From assembly GCF_003018255.1 (NCBI RefSeq), contig NZ_CP027440.1: 64,000 nt of DNA. One strand, written 5' to 3'. Position 1 is the stretch's first letter, and each line of letters opens with the position of its first letter. Positions 48,954-64,000 of this stretch are shown piece by piece. The notes beneath the pieces are model-generated. The model did not search any database. It was not told the DNA's origin and saw only the letters and a list, made by a program, of their open reading frames with translations. The translations under genes and the position numbers were made by a program. The stretch comes from Escherichia coli (GTDB lineage: Bacteria > Pseudomonadota > Gammaproteobacteria > Enterobacterales > Enterobacteriaceae).

Positions 48954-50417
48954 ATGTTCAGGCAGTTGAAAAAAAACCTGGTTGCAACCCTCATTGCTGC
49001 TATGACCATTGGTCAGGTAGCCCCGGCGTTTGCCGACAGCGCAGACACCTTGCCGGATATGGGAACCTCCGCAGGAAGCACACTTTCCATTGGTCAGGAA
49101 ATGCAGATGGGCGACTATTATGTCCGCCAGCTACGCGGCAGCGCGCCGTTAATTAATGATCCGCTGTTAACGCAATACATTAATTCGCTAGGAATGCGTC
49201 TGGTTTCGCATGCCAATTCGGTTAAGACACCGTTTCATTTCTTTCTGATCAACAACGATGAAATTAACGCCTTTGCTTTCTTTGGCGGCAACGTGGTGCT
49301 GCACTCTGCCCTGTTCCGTTATTCCGATAACGAAAGTCAACTGGCTTCAGTTATGGCGCACGAAATCTCCCACGTCACCCAACGTCACCTGGCGCGAGCG
49401 ATGGAAGATCAGCAGCGCAGCGCGCCGCTGACCTGGGTCGGCGCGTTAGGTTCTATTTTACTGGCGATGGCCAGTCCGCAGGCGGGGATGGCTGCGCTGA
49501 CCGGTACACTGGCGGGAACGCGCCAGGGGATGATCAGCTTCACCCAGCAAAATGAACAGGAAGCGGACCGCATTGGTATTCAGGTGCTGCAACGCTCAGG
49601 ATTCGATCCGCAGGCGATGCCGACCTTCCTCGAAAAATTACTCGATCAGGCGCGTTACTCCTCGCGTCCGCCGGAAATTTTATTGACTCACCCGTTGCCG
49701 GAAAGTCGTCTGGCAGATGCCCGCAACCGTGCTAATCAGATGCGCCCGATGGTGGTGCAGTCGTCGGAAGATTTCTATCTGGCGAAAGCGCGCACACTGG
49801 GGATGTATAATTCCGGACGTAACCAGCTCACCAGTGATTTGCTGGATGAATGGGCGAAAGGAAACGTTCGTCAGCAACGAGCGGCGCAATATGGTCGTGC
49901 TTTACAGGCGATGGAAGCCAATAAATACGACGAGGCGCGTAAAACGCTGCAACCGTTACTGGCGGCAGAACCTGGCAACGCATGGTATCTCGATCTGGCT
50001 ACTGATATCGATCTTGGGCAAAACAAAGCCAATGAGGCGATCAATCGTCTGAAAAATGCCCGCGATTTACGCACCAATCCGGTGTTGCAGCTCAACCTGG
50101 CGAACGCTTATCTGCAAGGCGGTCAACCACAAGAAGCGGCCAATATTCTGAATCGCTACACCTTTAATAATAAAGATGACAGCAACGGCTGGGATTTGCT
50201 GGCACAGGCGGAAGCCGCGCTAAATAACCGCGATCAGGAGCTGGCTGCGCGAGCAGAAGGTTATGCGCTCGCCGGACGACTCGATCAGGCCATTTCGCTG
50301 TTGAGTAGCGCCAGTTCGCAGGTGAAATTAGGCAGCCTGCAACAAGCGCGTTACGATGCGCGCATCGACCAGTTGCGCCAGCTGCAGGAACGCTTTAAGC
50401 CTTATACCAAGATGTAA
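48954..50417 (+). CDS. bepA: beta-barrel assembly-enhancing protease BepA (M48 peptidase + TPR)
   Basis: 487-aa ORF; signal peptide; HExxH ([10 protein letters not shown]). Confidence 0.93.
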
Positions 50418-50437
50418 TTCGCATTAAAGGAAGAACA

Positions 50438-50797
50438 ATGACCAAACAGGTAAAAATCTACCATAACCCACGCTGTTCAAAGAGCCGGGAAACGCTGAAC
50501 CTGCTGAAAGAAAACGGCGTGGAGCCAGAAGTGGTGCTCTACCTTGAGACACCCGCCGATGCGGCAACGCTGCGTGATTTGCTGAAAATGCTGGGGATGA
50601 ATAGCGCTCGTGAATTGATGCGCCAGAAAGAGGATCTTTATAAAGAACTGAACCTGGCTGACAGTTCGCTTAGCGAAGAGGCGCTGATTCAGGCAATGGT
50701 GGATAATCCGAAGCTAATGGAGCGCCCGATTGTGGTCGCGAATGGCAAAGCGCGGATTGGTCGTCCACCGGAGCAGGTACTGGAAATCGTGGGTTAA
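50438..50797 (+). CDS. yfgD: ArsC-family arsenate reductase-like protein YfgD
   Basis: 119-aa ORF; N-terminal Cys (YHNPRCSKSR). Confidence 0.9.
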   Translation: MTKQVKIYHNPRCSKSRETLNLLKENGVEPEVVLYLETPADAATLRDLLKMLGMNSARELMRQKEDLYKELNLADSSLSEEALIQAMVDNPKLMERPIVVANGKARIGRPPEQVLEIVG

Positions 50798-50827
50798 GAA
50801 GTGCTCCATCGCTAGTTGAAGCACATT

Positions 50828-50860
50828 GCCGGATGCGACGCTTGCCGCGTCTTATCCGGC
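50828..50860. repeat. REP element (gccggatgcgacgcttgccgcgtcttatccggc)
   Basis: Canonical REP palindrome between convergent yfgD and hda. Confidence 0.8.
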
Positions 50861-50902
50861 CGACGAATACTATGGGTGCATATCCGACAATAAACGTCTT
50901 GT

Positions 50903-51604
50903 CTACAGTTTCAGAATTTCTTTCACAAACGGAATGGTCAGCTTACGTTGCGCGGTAATCGACGCACGATCCAACTGATCCAACGTCATAAATAACGTGC
51001 GCATCTCTCTGTCGAGCCGCTTCAGCAAGAAACGCCCCACATCTTCCGGCAGTTCAAAACCACGCAAACGCGCGCGTAACTGTAGCGCCTGCAACTTATC
51101 TTCATCAGAAAGTGGCTGCAATTTGTAGATCTGCCCCCAGTCGAGACGCGACGCGAGATCCGGTAATCCAAGATTCAACTGCCGCGGTGGACGATCGCCG
51201 GTGATTAACAACCGTGTTTTGCCCGATTCCAGAATTCGATTGTAGAGATCGAAAATCGCCATCTCCCACAACTCATCGCCTGCAATACACTCAATGTTGT
51301 CGATACAGACCAGCGACAAATGCTCCATACCGTCGAGCACTTCCGGAACAAACCAGGTGCGTTTATCCAGCGGGACATAGCCCACCGCATCGCCACGCTG
51401 CGACAATTCCGCGCAAGCCGCGTGCAGCAGATGGCTGCGCCCCGCGCCTTCGCGTGCCCAGAGATAGATGTAACCGCTATGTTCCTGACGCAGCACGTTT
51501 TGCAGCGCGGCCAGTAAAGAGGAGTTATCCCCCGGCCAGAAACTTGCAAAGGTTTCGTCGTCAGGAAGATAAAGTGGCAAAGAGAGCTGTGCCGGTGTGT
51601 TCAG
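50903..51604 (-). CDS. hda: DnaA-inactivating protein Hda (RIDA)
   Basis: ORF 50903..51649; mature 233-aa protein ([18 protein letters not shown]...) recalled to initiate at a CTG, which falls at 51604; AAA+ box. Confidence 0.85.
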
Positions 51605-51698
51605 AGATACCTCAACCAGGATTTCACAAAATCGCGAGAAGTTTACCACAGAATCCCATGATGTTTGAACCGGGCAGCAACACTGCCCGGTCGGTACA

Positions 51699-52988
51699 TT
51701 ATTTGTCTGTTATATCCGCGTCTTCTGCGTCCAGCACCACTTCTTCAGGGCGCAGCATACTAATCAGTTTGAAGATCAAACTTAAGCCGATACCGACGAT
51801 GGTCGCCAGCGCCATACCTTTCAGCTCCGCCGCGCCAATGTTTACCTTCGCGCCACTGACGCCGATGATCAAAATAACGGAAGTCAGGATCAGGTTCTGT
51901 GCTTTGTTGTAATCCACTTTCGATTCGATCAACACACGAATACCGGAAGCACCGATGACACCGTAAAGCAGCAGCGAAACGCCGCCCATCACCGGCAATG
52001 GAATCATCTGGATAGCTGCAGCCAGTTTACCGACGCAGGAAAGCAGGATAGCGAAAATCGCCGCACCGCCGATAACCCAGGTACTGTAAACACGGGTGAT
52101 CGCCATCACGCCAATGTTTTCTCCGTAAGTGGTGTTTGGCGTGGAGCCAAAGAAGCCGGAGATCACGGTCGACAAGCCGTTAGCAAACATCGAACGGTGC
52201 AGACCTGGATCGCGCAGCAGATCTTTTTTGACGATATTAGCCGTTACGACCAGGTGCCCTACGTGTTCGGCAATAACCACTAACGCCGCTGGTAGAATAG
52301 TCAGAATGGCAAACCACTCGAAGCGCGGCGTATAGAGGGTCGGCAGCGCAAACCAGTGAGCATTAATAATCGGCGTGGTATCGACAATTCCCATTGCGAA
52401 AGAGAGCGCGTACCCCACCAGCACGCCAATTAAAATCGGGATAATTGCCAGGAAACCACGAAACAGCACGGAACCTAAAACCGTGACCGCCAGGGTGGTA
52501 ATAGAGATGATGATGGTTTTGGAGTCTGGCGTTTGCCCTTCAGCCGGGAGTAAACCCGCCATACCGGCAGCTACGCCCGCCAGCTCCAGACCGATGACGG
52601 CAACGATTGCGCCCATTGCCGCAGGTGGAAACAGCACGTCCAGCCAGCCGGTCCCCGCTTTCTTCACGATAAAAGAAACCAGGCAGAACAGCACGCCGCA
52701 CATAATAAAGCCGCCCAGCGCAACTTCATACCCCAACGGCAACAGTAACAATACCGGTGAAATAAAGGCAAAGCTGGAACCAAGATAAGCCGGAATTTTC
52801 CCTTTACAGATGAAGAGATACAGCAGTGTTCCTATACCGTTAAATAACAGTACAGTCGCCGGGTTAATATGAAATAAGACGGGCACCAGGACGGTTGCAC
52901 CAAACATGGCGAACAAATGTTGCAAACTAAGCGGGATTGTCTGTAAAAGTGGCGGTCTTTCACTCACCCCGATAGCACGGCGCGTCAT
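51699..52988 (-). CDS. uraA: uracil:proton symporter (NCS2 family)
   Basis: ORF 51699..53030; start taken at internal Met ([20 protein letters not shown], 429 aa). Confidence 0.93.
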   Translation of the reverse strand: MTRRAIGVSERPPLLQTIPLSLQHLFAMFGATVLVPVLFHINPATVLLFNGIGTLLYLFICKGKIPAYLGSSFAFISPVLLLLPLGYEVALGGFIMCGVLFCLVSFIVKKAGTGWLDVLFPPAAMGAIVAVIGLELAGVAAGMAGLLPAEGQTPDSKTIIISITTLAVTVLGSVLFRGFLAIIPILIGVLVGYALSFAMGIVDTTPIINAHWFALPTLYTPRFEWFAILTILPAALVVIAEHVGHLVVTANIVKKDLLRDPGLHRSMFANGLSTVISGFFGSTPNTTYGENIGVMAITRVYSTWVIGGAAIFAILLSCVGKLAAAIQMIPLPVMGGVSLLLYGVIGASGIRVLIESKVDYNKAQNLILTSVILIIGVSGAKVNIGAAELKGMALATIVGIGLSLIFKLISMLRPEEVVLDAEDADITDK

Positions 52989-53027
52989 AGTATTATCCTC
53001 TGTATTATGTGTTATAGGCGCTTTACT

Positions 53028-53060
53028 CAAAAAAAAGCCGACTCTTAAAGTCGGCTTTAA
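53028..53060 (-). terminator. intrinsic terminator/attenuator between upp and uraA
   Basis: Minus strand reads aaagccgactttaagagtcggc followed by a T8 tract. Confidence 0.7.
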
Positions 53061-53073
53061 TTATTTTTATTCT

Positions 53074-53700
53074 TTATTTCGTACCAAAGATTTTGTCACC
53101 GGCATCGCCGAGGCCCGGAATAATGTATCCGTGCTCGTTCAGTCCCTGGTCAATCGATGCAGTATACAGTTCGACGTCCGGGTGCGCTTTTTCCAGCGCA
53201 GCGATACCTTCTGGCGCAGCGACCAGCACCAGAACTTTGATGCTGCTGCAGCCCGCTTTTTTCAGCAGGTCGATGGTCGCGATAACGGAACCACCGGTTG
53301 CCAGCATTGGGTCAACGATCAGCGCCATACGCTCATCGATGTTAGAAACCAGTTTCTGGAAGTACGGTACCGGCTCCAGCGTTTCTTCATTACGGTACAT
53401 ACCGACGACACTGATGCGCGCACTCGGAACGTTTTCCAGCACACCGTCCATCATCCCAAGACCCGCACGCAGAATTGGCACAACGGTAATTTTCTTACCT
53501 TTGATCTGGTCGATTTCTACCGGGCCGTTCCAGCCTTCGATAGTGACTTTTTCCGTTTCGAGGTCGGCGGTCGCTTCGTAAGTCAGCAGGCTACCCACTT
53601 CGGAAGCGAGTTCGCGAAAGCGCTTGGTGCTGATATCTTGCTCACGCATCAGTCCCAGCTTGTGTTTGACGAGTGGGTGTTTGACTTCCACGATCTTCAT
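53074..53700 (-). CDS. upp: uracil phosphoribosyltransferase
   Basis: ORF 53074..53727; start taken at internal Met ([20 protein letters not shown], 208 aa). Confidence 0.94.
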
Positions 53701-53727
53701 ACTCTTTCTCCTTTGAGGGGCAGCCAC

Positions 53728-53750
53728 AAAAAAAATCGACGGATTATACC
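53728..53750 (-). promoter_or_regulatory. upp promoter initially transcribed region with T8 tract (UTP-sensitive reiterative transcription site) and adjacent -10 (tataat)
   Basis: Minus strand reads ggtataatccgtcgattttttttgtggctgcccctcaaaggagaaagagtATG. Confidence 0.75.
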
Positions 53751-53945
53751 TCCTTTCTTCAAGGCGGCAATATTATTTTCGTTGACTTTAGTCAAAATGA
53801 TAACGGTTTGAGATAAAGTTATTTTATATTCAAATGGTTATGGAAGAAGATTATTCCATCCGAAAACGATCCTTTGCCCTAGTACAAGTATTCTTTCGCC
53901 GCGCGCCTGGGGAAAAGACGTGCAAAAAGGTTGTGTAAAGCAGTC

Positions 53946-53961
53946 TCGCAAACGTTTGCTT
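53946..53961. promoter_or_regulatory. PurR operator (pur box) of purMN
   Basis: tcgcaaacgtttgctt about 65 nt upstream of purM start. Confidence 0.75.
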
Positions 53962-54006
53962 TCCCTGTTAGAATTGCGCCGAATTTTATTTTTCTACCGC
54001 AAGTAA

Positions 54007-55061
<1,055 letters not shown>

Positions 55062-55062
<1 letters not shown>

Positions 55063-55700
55063 TGAATATTGTGGTGCTTATTTCCGGCAACGGAAGTAAT
55101 TTGCAGGCAATTATTGACGCCTGCAAAACCAACAAAATTAAAGGCACCGTACGGGCAGTTTTCAGCAATAAGGCCGACGCGTTCGGCCTTGAACGCGCCC
55201 GCCAGGCGGGTATTGCAACGCATACGCTCATCACCAGCGCGTTTGACAGTCGTGAAGCCTATGACCGGGAGTTGATTCATGAAATCGACATGTACGCACC
55301 CGATGTGGTCGTGCTGGCTGGTTTTATGCGCATTCTCAGCCCGGCGTTTGTCTCCCACTATGCCGGGCGTTTGCTGAACATTCACCCTTCTCTGCTGCCG
55401 AAATATCCCGGATTACACACCCATCGTCAGGCGCTGGAAAATGGCGATGAGGAGCACGGTACATCGGTGCATTTCGTCACCGATGAACTGGACGGTGGCC
55501 CGGTTATTTTACAGGCGAAAGTCCCGGTATTTGCTGGTGATACGGAAGATGACATCACCGCCCGCGTGCAAACCCAGGAACACGCTATTTATCCACTGGT
55601 GATTAGCTGGTTTGCCGATGGTCGTCTGAAAATGCACGAAAACGCCGCGTGGCTGGATGGTCAACGTCTGCCGCCGCAGGGCTACGCTGCCGACGAGTAA
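55062..55700 (+). CDS. purN: phosphoribosylglycinamide formyltransferase 1
   Basis: 212-aa ORF; 1-nt overlap with purM stop. Confidence 0.94.
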
Positions 55701-55870
55701 TGCCCCGTAGTTAAAGCGCCAGCTCTGCCGCTGGCGTTTTTCAATTCACCTGTAAATCGCAAGCTCCAGCAGTTTTTTTCCCCCTTTTCTGGCATAGTTG
55801 GACATCTGCCAATATTGCTCGCCATAATATCCAGGCAGTGTCCCGTGAATAAAACGGAGTAAAAGTGGTA

Positions 55871-59483
<3,613 letters not shown>

Positions 59484-59488
59484 TGCTT

Positions 59489-59518
59489 TGCGGGCCGACG
59501 AGAAATGTCGGCCCGCAT
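59489..59518. terminator. bidirectional intrinsic terminator between ppx and pdeF
   Basis: Stem gcgggccgac-n9-gtcggcccgc in the convergent spacer. Confidence 0.65.
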
Positions 59519-59521
59519 TAT

Positions 59522-61765
59522 TCAGGCACTTTCGCGAATGGGTTCGATTTCATTCAGCGTATCAATTAACGGTTGCGGCTTACCAATAAGATAACCCTGC
59601 ATATAATCGATCCCCAAAGAGAGCACCGCCTCGCGGATCTCTTCGTTTTCAACGTACTCTGCCACTACCCGCATTTTCTTCATTCGCGCCAGGTGGCAAA
59701 TCGACGCCACTATCTGATAATCCAGACTATTTGACACAATATTGCGGATAAAACTGCCGTCAATTTTAAGCAGATCGGCATTCACATTTTTAAGCCGCGC
59801 ATAGCTGGCGTAGCCGGTGCCGAAATCATCAATCGCAATCTGGCAGCCTAATTCCTGAAGATGCTGCAAGGTGATTTGCGCCTGCTTAACATTGGTCAGA
59901 GCATTACTTTCGGTGACTTCAAAAATAAGTTGCCACGCTTCAATCTGATATTTAGCCAGCAGCTGACTGACTTCAACAGGAAAACGAGCCTGACATACCG
60001 AGGTTGGCGACAGATTAATCGCAAAACGGTGAGCGGGCATCTTCGCTCTGTTTTCAGCCATAAATTGCAGCGTATGCTCAATGACCCACATGTCGATACT
60101 CGACGATAAACCAAATTCGTGCGCGACCGGTAAGAAGCTATCGGGGCTGATCAGTTCATCATTCTCACCTTTCATGCGCAGAAGAATTTCATGGTAGACA
60201 TCACCACGCATACCGGTAATCGGCTGGGCCATCAGGAAAAAATGGTTGTGTTCCAGCGCCCGCTGTAGCCGATTCATCATCGCGACTTTATCTTTCAATT
60301 CGCGTTGCAAATACATTGCTCCGCGACGCTGCATATTTTCCGGGGCGTTGGTCACGATAGAAAGTTCGGCCACTGTATTTAGCTCTCCCAGCAGCAGGTA
60401 GATATGATTCACTGGCGAGCGCACATAGCAGTAACTGACGCCAATCTGCGGTTGCATCGGCATTCCATCCCAAAAGAAACGAAATTGCTTGAGATGGCTA
60501 TCCAGTGCGGTAATGCGCTCCTGGTGCGATTCTGTATTCAGCCGCAGCGCGAGATCGTTACCCGAAAGCTGATAAACATCTTCACCCGGTTCCAGCAATG
60601 GTGACAGCCAGTGAGAAAGTTTTTGCTTGTATTGAATCCGCAGCATGATGCCATAATTCTTAACCAGCATTTCCATGCCAGGGATGCGTAAATAACAAAG
60701 CGCAGACCAGGGGGCATCACGTAACGCGCGATTCAGGGCGCGAACATTTGGCAGATGAACCACCGGGTCCACATACGCAAGCCGCTGAATGCGTCTGACT
60801 ACCGCTCGCTGACGGGTTGCCAGTACAGCCATATAATTGACAATAAAAGAGAATACCAGATAACTGGAGGAGGTTATGGTCAGCTGCGTGGTATAGCCAG
60901 GATAAATGGGAATGTAATTTTGATAGCTGTGGATGCTGATCATCAACACGACCGCCCAGAGCAATGAAATCAGCTTATAACCATAGCGCATCGCTCCCCA
61001 CATCATCAGGGGCAGCAATAATGACAAGGTGTAATTGGTGCTAAAAATCGTGCTTTTTTCATTTAACGGCATGCATAACAGCAATAGTAAAGCACCTAAT
61101 GCCAGTAGCCAGATTGCGAACTCTTTTTTGGTAACTTTGGCATCAACCTGCTGTTTTAATTGCGAATAATAGCTACGTAAATAAAACGGATTTCGCACCA
61201 CCCGAATGATGAAGTAGCACAGCGGGACACCAATCAGATTACCCACCAGCAAGGCCTGATAATTGATTAAGGTCCCGAGGTTAAAGGGCATGACGCCGAC
61301 CAGATTTTCTCTGCTCGCCAGTAATCCAACAAACGCAGCAAACTGGAAAAGTATCAGAAACAGCGTTGCAGGAAACACAATCTGCCAGAATAGTCGCTGG
61401 GAAATTAAACGGCTATCACCATGTGAAACGTTGTTACGCCGGGGAGTAAAAACCCTGTAACCGCCCCAACAGAGAATGATAATGATAATAAAATTAGCCG
61501 TTAATGAGAGCGTTTCGTAAAAACCCAGCTCTGCATATTTGCGGACAAAAATCCCTAAGGCGATCCCTGGCAATGCCGCCCAGCTGAAAAACATCATCAT
61601 GCTGATCATCAGTGCCAGTGGCAGATAAAAGAGAAAAACTTCACCGGAAGAAATATGCGCGAAAGTATTAATGTGGGCGAAAATGGGCAAGATTAAAGAA
61701 GGCAGGAACAGCGGAAGCCCCCACCATTTATCACGTATTTTTATATAAGTTGCATTCAGTTTCAT
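59522..61765 (-). CDS. pdeF: c-di-GMP phosphodiesterase PdeF (MASE1 membrane sensor + degenerate GGDEF + EAL)
   Basis: 747-aa ORF; N-terminal polytopic domain; EAL motif region in C-terminal part. Confidence 0.9.
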   Translation of the reverse strand: MKLNATYIKIRDKWWGLPLFLPSLILPIFAHINTFAHISSGEVFLFYLPLALMISMMMFFSWAALPGIALGIFVRKYAELGFYETLSLTANFIIIIILCWGGYRVFTPRRNNVSHGDSRLISQRLFWQIVFPATLFLILFQFAAFVGLLASRENLVGVMPFNLGTLINYQALLVGNLIGVPLCYFIIRVVRNPFYLRSYYSQLKQQVDAKVTKKEFAIWLLALGALLLLLCMPLNEKSTIFSTNYTLSLLLPLMMWGAMRYGYKLISLLWAVVLMISIHSYQNYIPIYPGYTTQLTITSSSYLVFSFIVNYMAVLATRQRAVVRRIQRLAYVDPVVHLPNVRALNRALRDAPWSALCYLRIPGMEMLVKNYGIMLRIQYKQKLSHWLSPLLEPGEDVYQLSGNDLALRLNTESHQERITALDSHLKQFRFFWDGMPMQPQIGVSYCYVRSPVNHIYLLLGELNTVAELSIVTNAPENMQRRGAMYLQRELKDKVAMMNRLQRALEHNHFFLMAQPITGMRGDVYHEILLRMKGENDELISPDSFLPVAHEFGLSSSIDMWVIEHTLQFMAENRAKMPAHRFAINLSPTSVCQARFPVEVSQLLAKYQIEAWQLIFEVTESNALTNVKQAQITLQHLQELGCQIAIDDFGTGYASYARLKNVNADLLKIDGSFIRNIVSNSLDYQIVASICHLARMKKMRVVAEYVENEEIREAVLSLGIDYMQGYLIGKPQPLIDTLNEIEPIRESA

Positions 61766-62116
61766 AGATGCTCAGCAGAATCCCCCACATCCTGAAGGAG
61801 GTGTATTCAGACAGGCATCCCACCTGACTTCGAATGATGATTATTCATCACTATAGAGAGCAATGATTCTAAGTGTCATATGAAAGTTCCAATTGATATA
61901 TATCAAACAAAATAACCCTGATTAATGAATTATTACGTTTATCATGTTAACTCATCATTATTACATAATCATTGTAAATAATTAAATTAACTTCCATAAC
62001 ATTAAAATATGTATCCACTGACGCTTTTTTACATAACGAAGAATTGACCATTTTGTCCTGTTGTGCCTTAATGTAAGTACCGTCCACGGCGTGGGACATA
62101 CTTCAAGGAACCTTTT

Positions 62117-62308
62117 GTGAGTCAGGCAACCAGTATGCGAAAACGACACCGATTTAACAGTCGCATGACCCGTATCGTACTGCTCATCAGCTTTATCTTC
62201 TTCTTTGGCCGTTTTATCTACTCGTCCGTCGGTGCCTGGCAGCACCATCAGAGCAAAAAAGAAGCTCAGCAATCCACACTCTCCGTCGAATCACCGGTAC
62301 AACGTTAG
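62117..62308 (+). CDS. yfgG: small membrane protein YfgG
   Basis: 63-aa ORF with one TM segment (IVLLISFIFFFGRFIY). Confidence 0.8.
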   Translation: MSQATSMRKRHRFNSRMTRIVLLISFIFFFGRFIYSSVGAWQHHQSKKEAQQSTLSVESPVQR

Positions 62309-62618
62309 CGGTTACCTTCTCCACTCTCACAGAACATAACGGCACCTCGCTGTCGGATGCTTTTGCTCTTTGGGATTATCAAAGCGGCAGATATTTTTTC
62401 ATCTTAAATTTTACGTTTTTGTCCTGACTGATGTTTATCCTGTTCGACTGCGAAATAAATACATCATTAATACATATGTTGTGATGATGTATTTTTATAA
62501 ATTATTTCCCGCATGAATTTTAATAAATTTAATCTATTCCTTTATACGCAATACATTTACTTTCCTCTTTTGATGATCTTAAATGTCTTATTTTTCGTAA
62601 TGTGTATAACAAGGAATA

Positions 62619-63137
62619 GTGATGAAATTTAAAAAATGTCTTCTGCCTGTGGCAATGTTAGCGTCATTCACTCTGGCAGGATGCCAGTCAAATGCTGATG
62701 ATCATGCCGCCGATGTTTATCAAACCGATCAACTGAATACCAAACAAGAAACTAAAACCGTTAATATTATTTCCATTCTTCCCGCAAAAGTTGCCGTAGA
62801 CAACGCCCAAAATAAACGGAACGCACAAGCCTTCGGCGCGCTTATTGGCGCTGTCGCTGGCGGTGTTATCGGCCACAACGTCGGGTCTGGCAGCAATTCC
62901 GGAACGACGGCAGGTGCAGTTGGCGGCGGAGCTGTAGGCGCGGCAGCGGGTTCTATGGTGAATGATAAAACCTTAGTGGAAGGTGTTTCTTTAACATATA
63001 AGGAAGGCACCAAAGTGTATACCTCCACCCAGGTGGGTAAAGAGTGCCAGTTTACGACAGGTTTAGCCGTTGTTATTACCACGACGTATAACGAAACACG
63101 TATTCAGCCAAATACCAAATGTCCTGAAAAGAGCTAA
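62619..63137 (+). CDS. yfgH: outer membrane lipoprotein YfgH (glycine-zipper)
   Basis: 172-aa ORF; lipobox LAGCQS; Gly-rich segment. Confidence 0.88.
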   Translation: MMKFKKCLLPVAMLASFTLAGCQSNADDHAADVYQTDQLNTKQETKTVNIISILPAKVAVDNAQNKRNAQAFGALIGAVAGGVIGHNVGSGSNSGTTAGAVGGGAVGAAAGSMVNDKTLVEGVSLTYKEGTKVYTSTQVGKECQFTTGLAVVITTTYNETRIQPNTKCPEKS

Positions 63138-63152
63138 TAATCAGGAGGAGTC

Positions 63153-63692
63153 ATGAAGAAAGTTTTTCTTTGCGCCATCTTAGCCTCCTTAAGCTATCCG
63201 GCTATCGCCTCATCATTGCAGGATCAACTCTCGGCTGTCGCAGAAGCGGAACAGCAAGGTAAAAATGAAGAGCAAAGGCAGCATGACGAATGGGTCGCGG
63301 AGCGCAACAGGGAAATCCAGCAAGAGAAGCAACGTCGCGCAAACGCCCAGGCCGCGGCTAATAAAAGAGCGGCAACGGCAGCGGCGAATAAGAAAGCTCG
63401 TCAGGATAAACTGGACGCCGAAGCCACTGCGGACAAAAAACGCGATCAAAGTTATGAAGATGAGCTACGCAGCTTAGAGATTCAGAAACAAAAACTGGCG
63501 CTGGCGAAAGAAGAAGCCCGCGTTAAGCGAGAAAACGAATTTATCGATCAGGAACTGAAGCACAAAGCTGCGCAAACCGATGTGGTGCAATCTGAAGCTG
63601 ACGCAAACAGGAATATGACTGAAGGCGGTCGCGATCTGATGAAAAGCGTGGGCAAAGCAGAAGAGAATAAATCAGATAGCTGGTTTAACTAA
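63153..63692 (+). CDS. yfgI: periplasmic/coiled-coil protein YfgI
   Basis: 179-aa ORF; signal peptide; charged coiled-coil-like body. Confidence 0.85.
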   Translation: MKKVFLCAILASLSYPAIASSLQDQLSAVAEAEQQGKNEEQRQHDEWVAERNREIQQEKQRRANAQAAANKRAATAAANKKARQDKLDAEATADKKRDQSYEDELRSLEIQKQKLALAKEEARVKRENEFIDQELKHKAAQTDVVQSEADANRNMTEGGRDLMKSVGKAEENKSDSWFN

Positions 63693-63730
63693 ACGATGTT
63701 AGTAACTTCAAACCTATAATTCTTTAGGAT

Positions 63731-63763
63731 AAAAAACCCTCTGTAGTAACAGAGGGTTTTGTT
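63731..63763. terminator. bidirectional intrinsic terminator between yfgI and guaA
   Basis: aaaaaaccctctgtagtaacagagggttttgtt: 8-bp stem with flanking A- and T-runs. Confidence 0.8.
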
Positions 63764-63784
63764 CATTCATAGTGCAGGGTCAAA

Positions 63785-64000
63785 TCATTCCCACTCAATA
63801 GTTGCTGGTGGCTTGCCGCTGATGTCATACACCACGCGGGAAATACCATTCACTTCATTGATAATGCGGTTGGAAACGCGACCGAGGAAATCGTACGGCA
63901 GATGTGCCCAGTGTGCGGTCATAAAGTCGATGGTTTCGACAGCACGCAGAGAGACAACCCAGTCATACTTACGACCATCGCCCATTACGCCAACGGAACG
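63785..64000 (-). CDS. guaA: GMP synthase, 3' partial (5' part lies beyond window end)
   Basis: ORF open to the window edge; C-terminus ...[11 protein letters not shown] matches GuaA. Confidence 0.9.

Noticed and set aside
52906-53811. 301-aa plus-strand ORF across the uraA 5' end, the upp-uraA spacer and upp
   Set aside because: Spans an intergenic terminator and two known genes on the opposite strand; implausible as a real gene.

Overview
This window reads as a contiguous stretch of Escherichia coli-type core chromosome, running from the 3' end of murQ to the 3' end of guaA, and I found no convincing novel system in it. Gene calls rest on the supplied ORF track plus my recollection of the E. 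coli K-12 proteins; no database search was run. The centrepiece is a complete 17-gene ethanolamine-utilisation (eut) microcompartment operon on the minus strand (eutS to eutR, about 7.4-22.5 kb), with eutA and eutB adjacent, so the CPZ-55 prophage that interrupts this operon in K-12 is absent. The rest is housekeeping: murP, yfeW, yfeX, amiA, hemF, maeB, talA-tktB, aegA, narQ, acrD, dapE, tmcA, purC, bamC, dapA, gcvR, bcp, perM, bepA, hda, uraA-upp, purMN, ppk-ppx, pdeF and yfgGHI. I saw no rRNA or tRNA genes, CRISPR arrays, IS elements or prophage genes. The most notable observations are strain-level: (1) a +1 C frameshift that rewrites the last codons of eutB; (2) an eutR ORF that runs 24 codons past its expected end into hemF; (3) three tandem 100-bp REP/BIME units between eutG and eutH; (4) bcp and perM adjacent, with the hyf-focB block of K-12 missing; (5) a 26-bp perfect palindrome between maeB and the eut promoter region. 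Manually placed small features (REPs, hairpins, operator boxes) may be off by a base or two.
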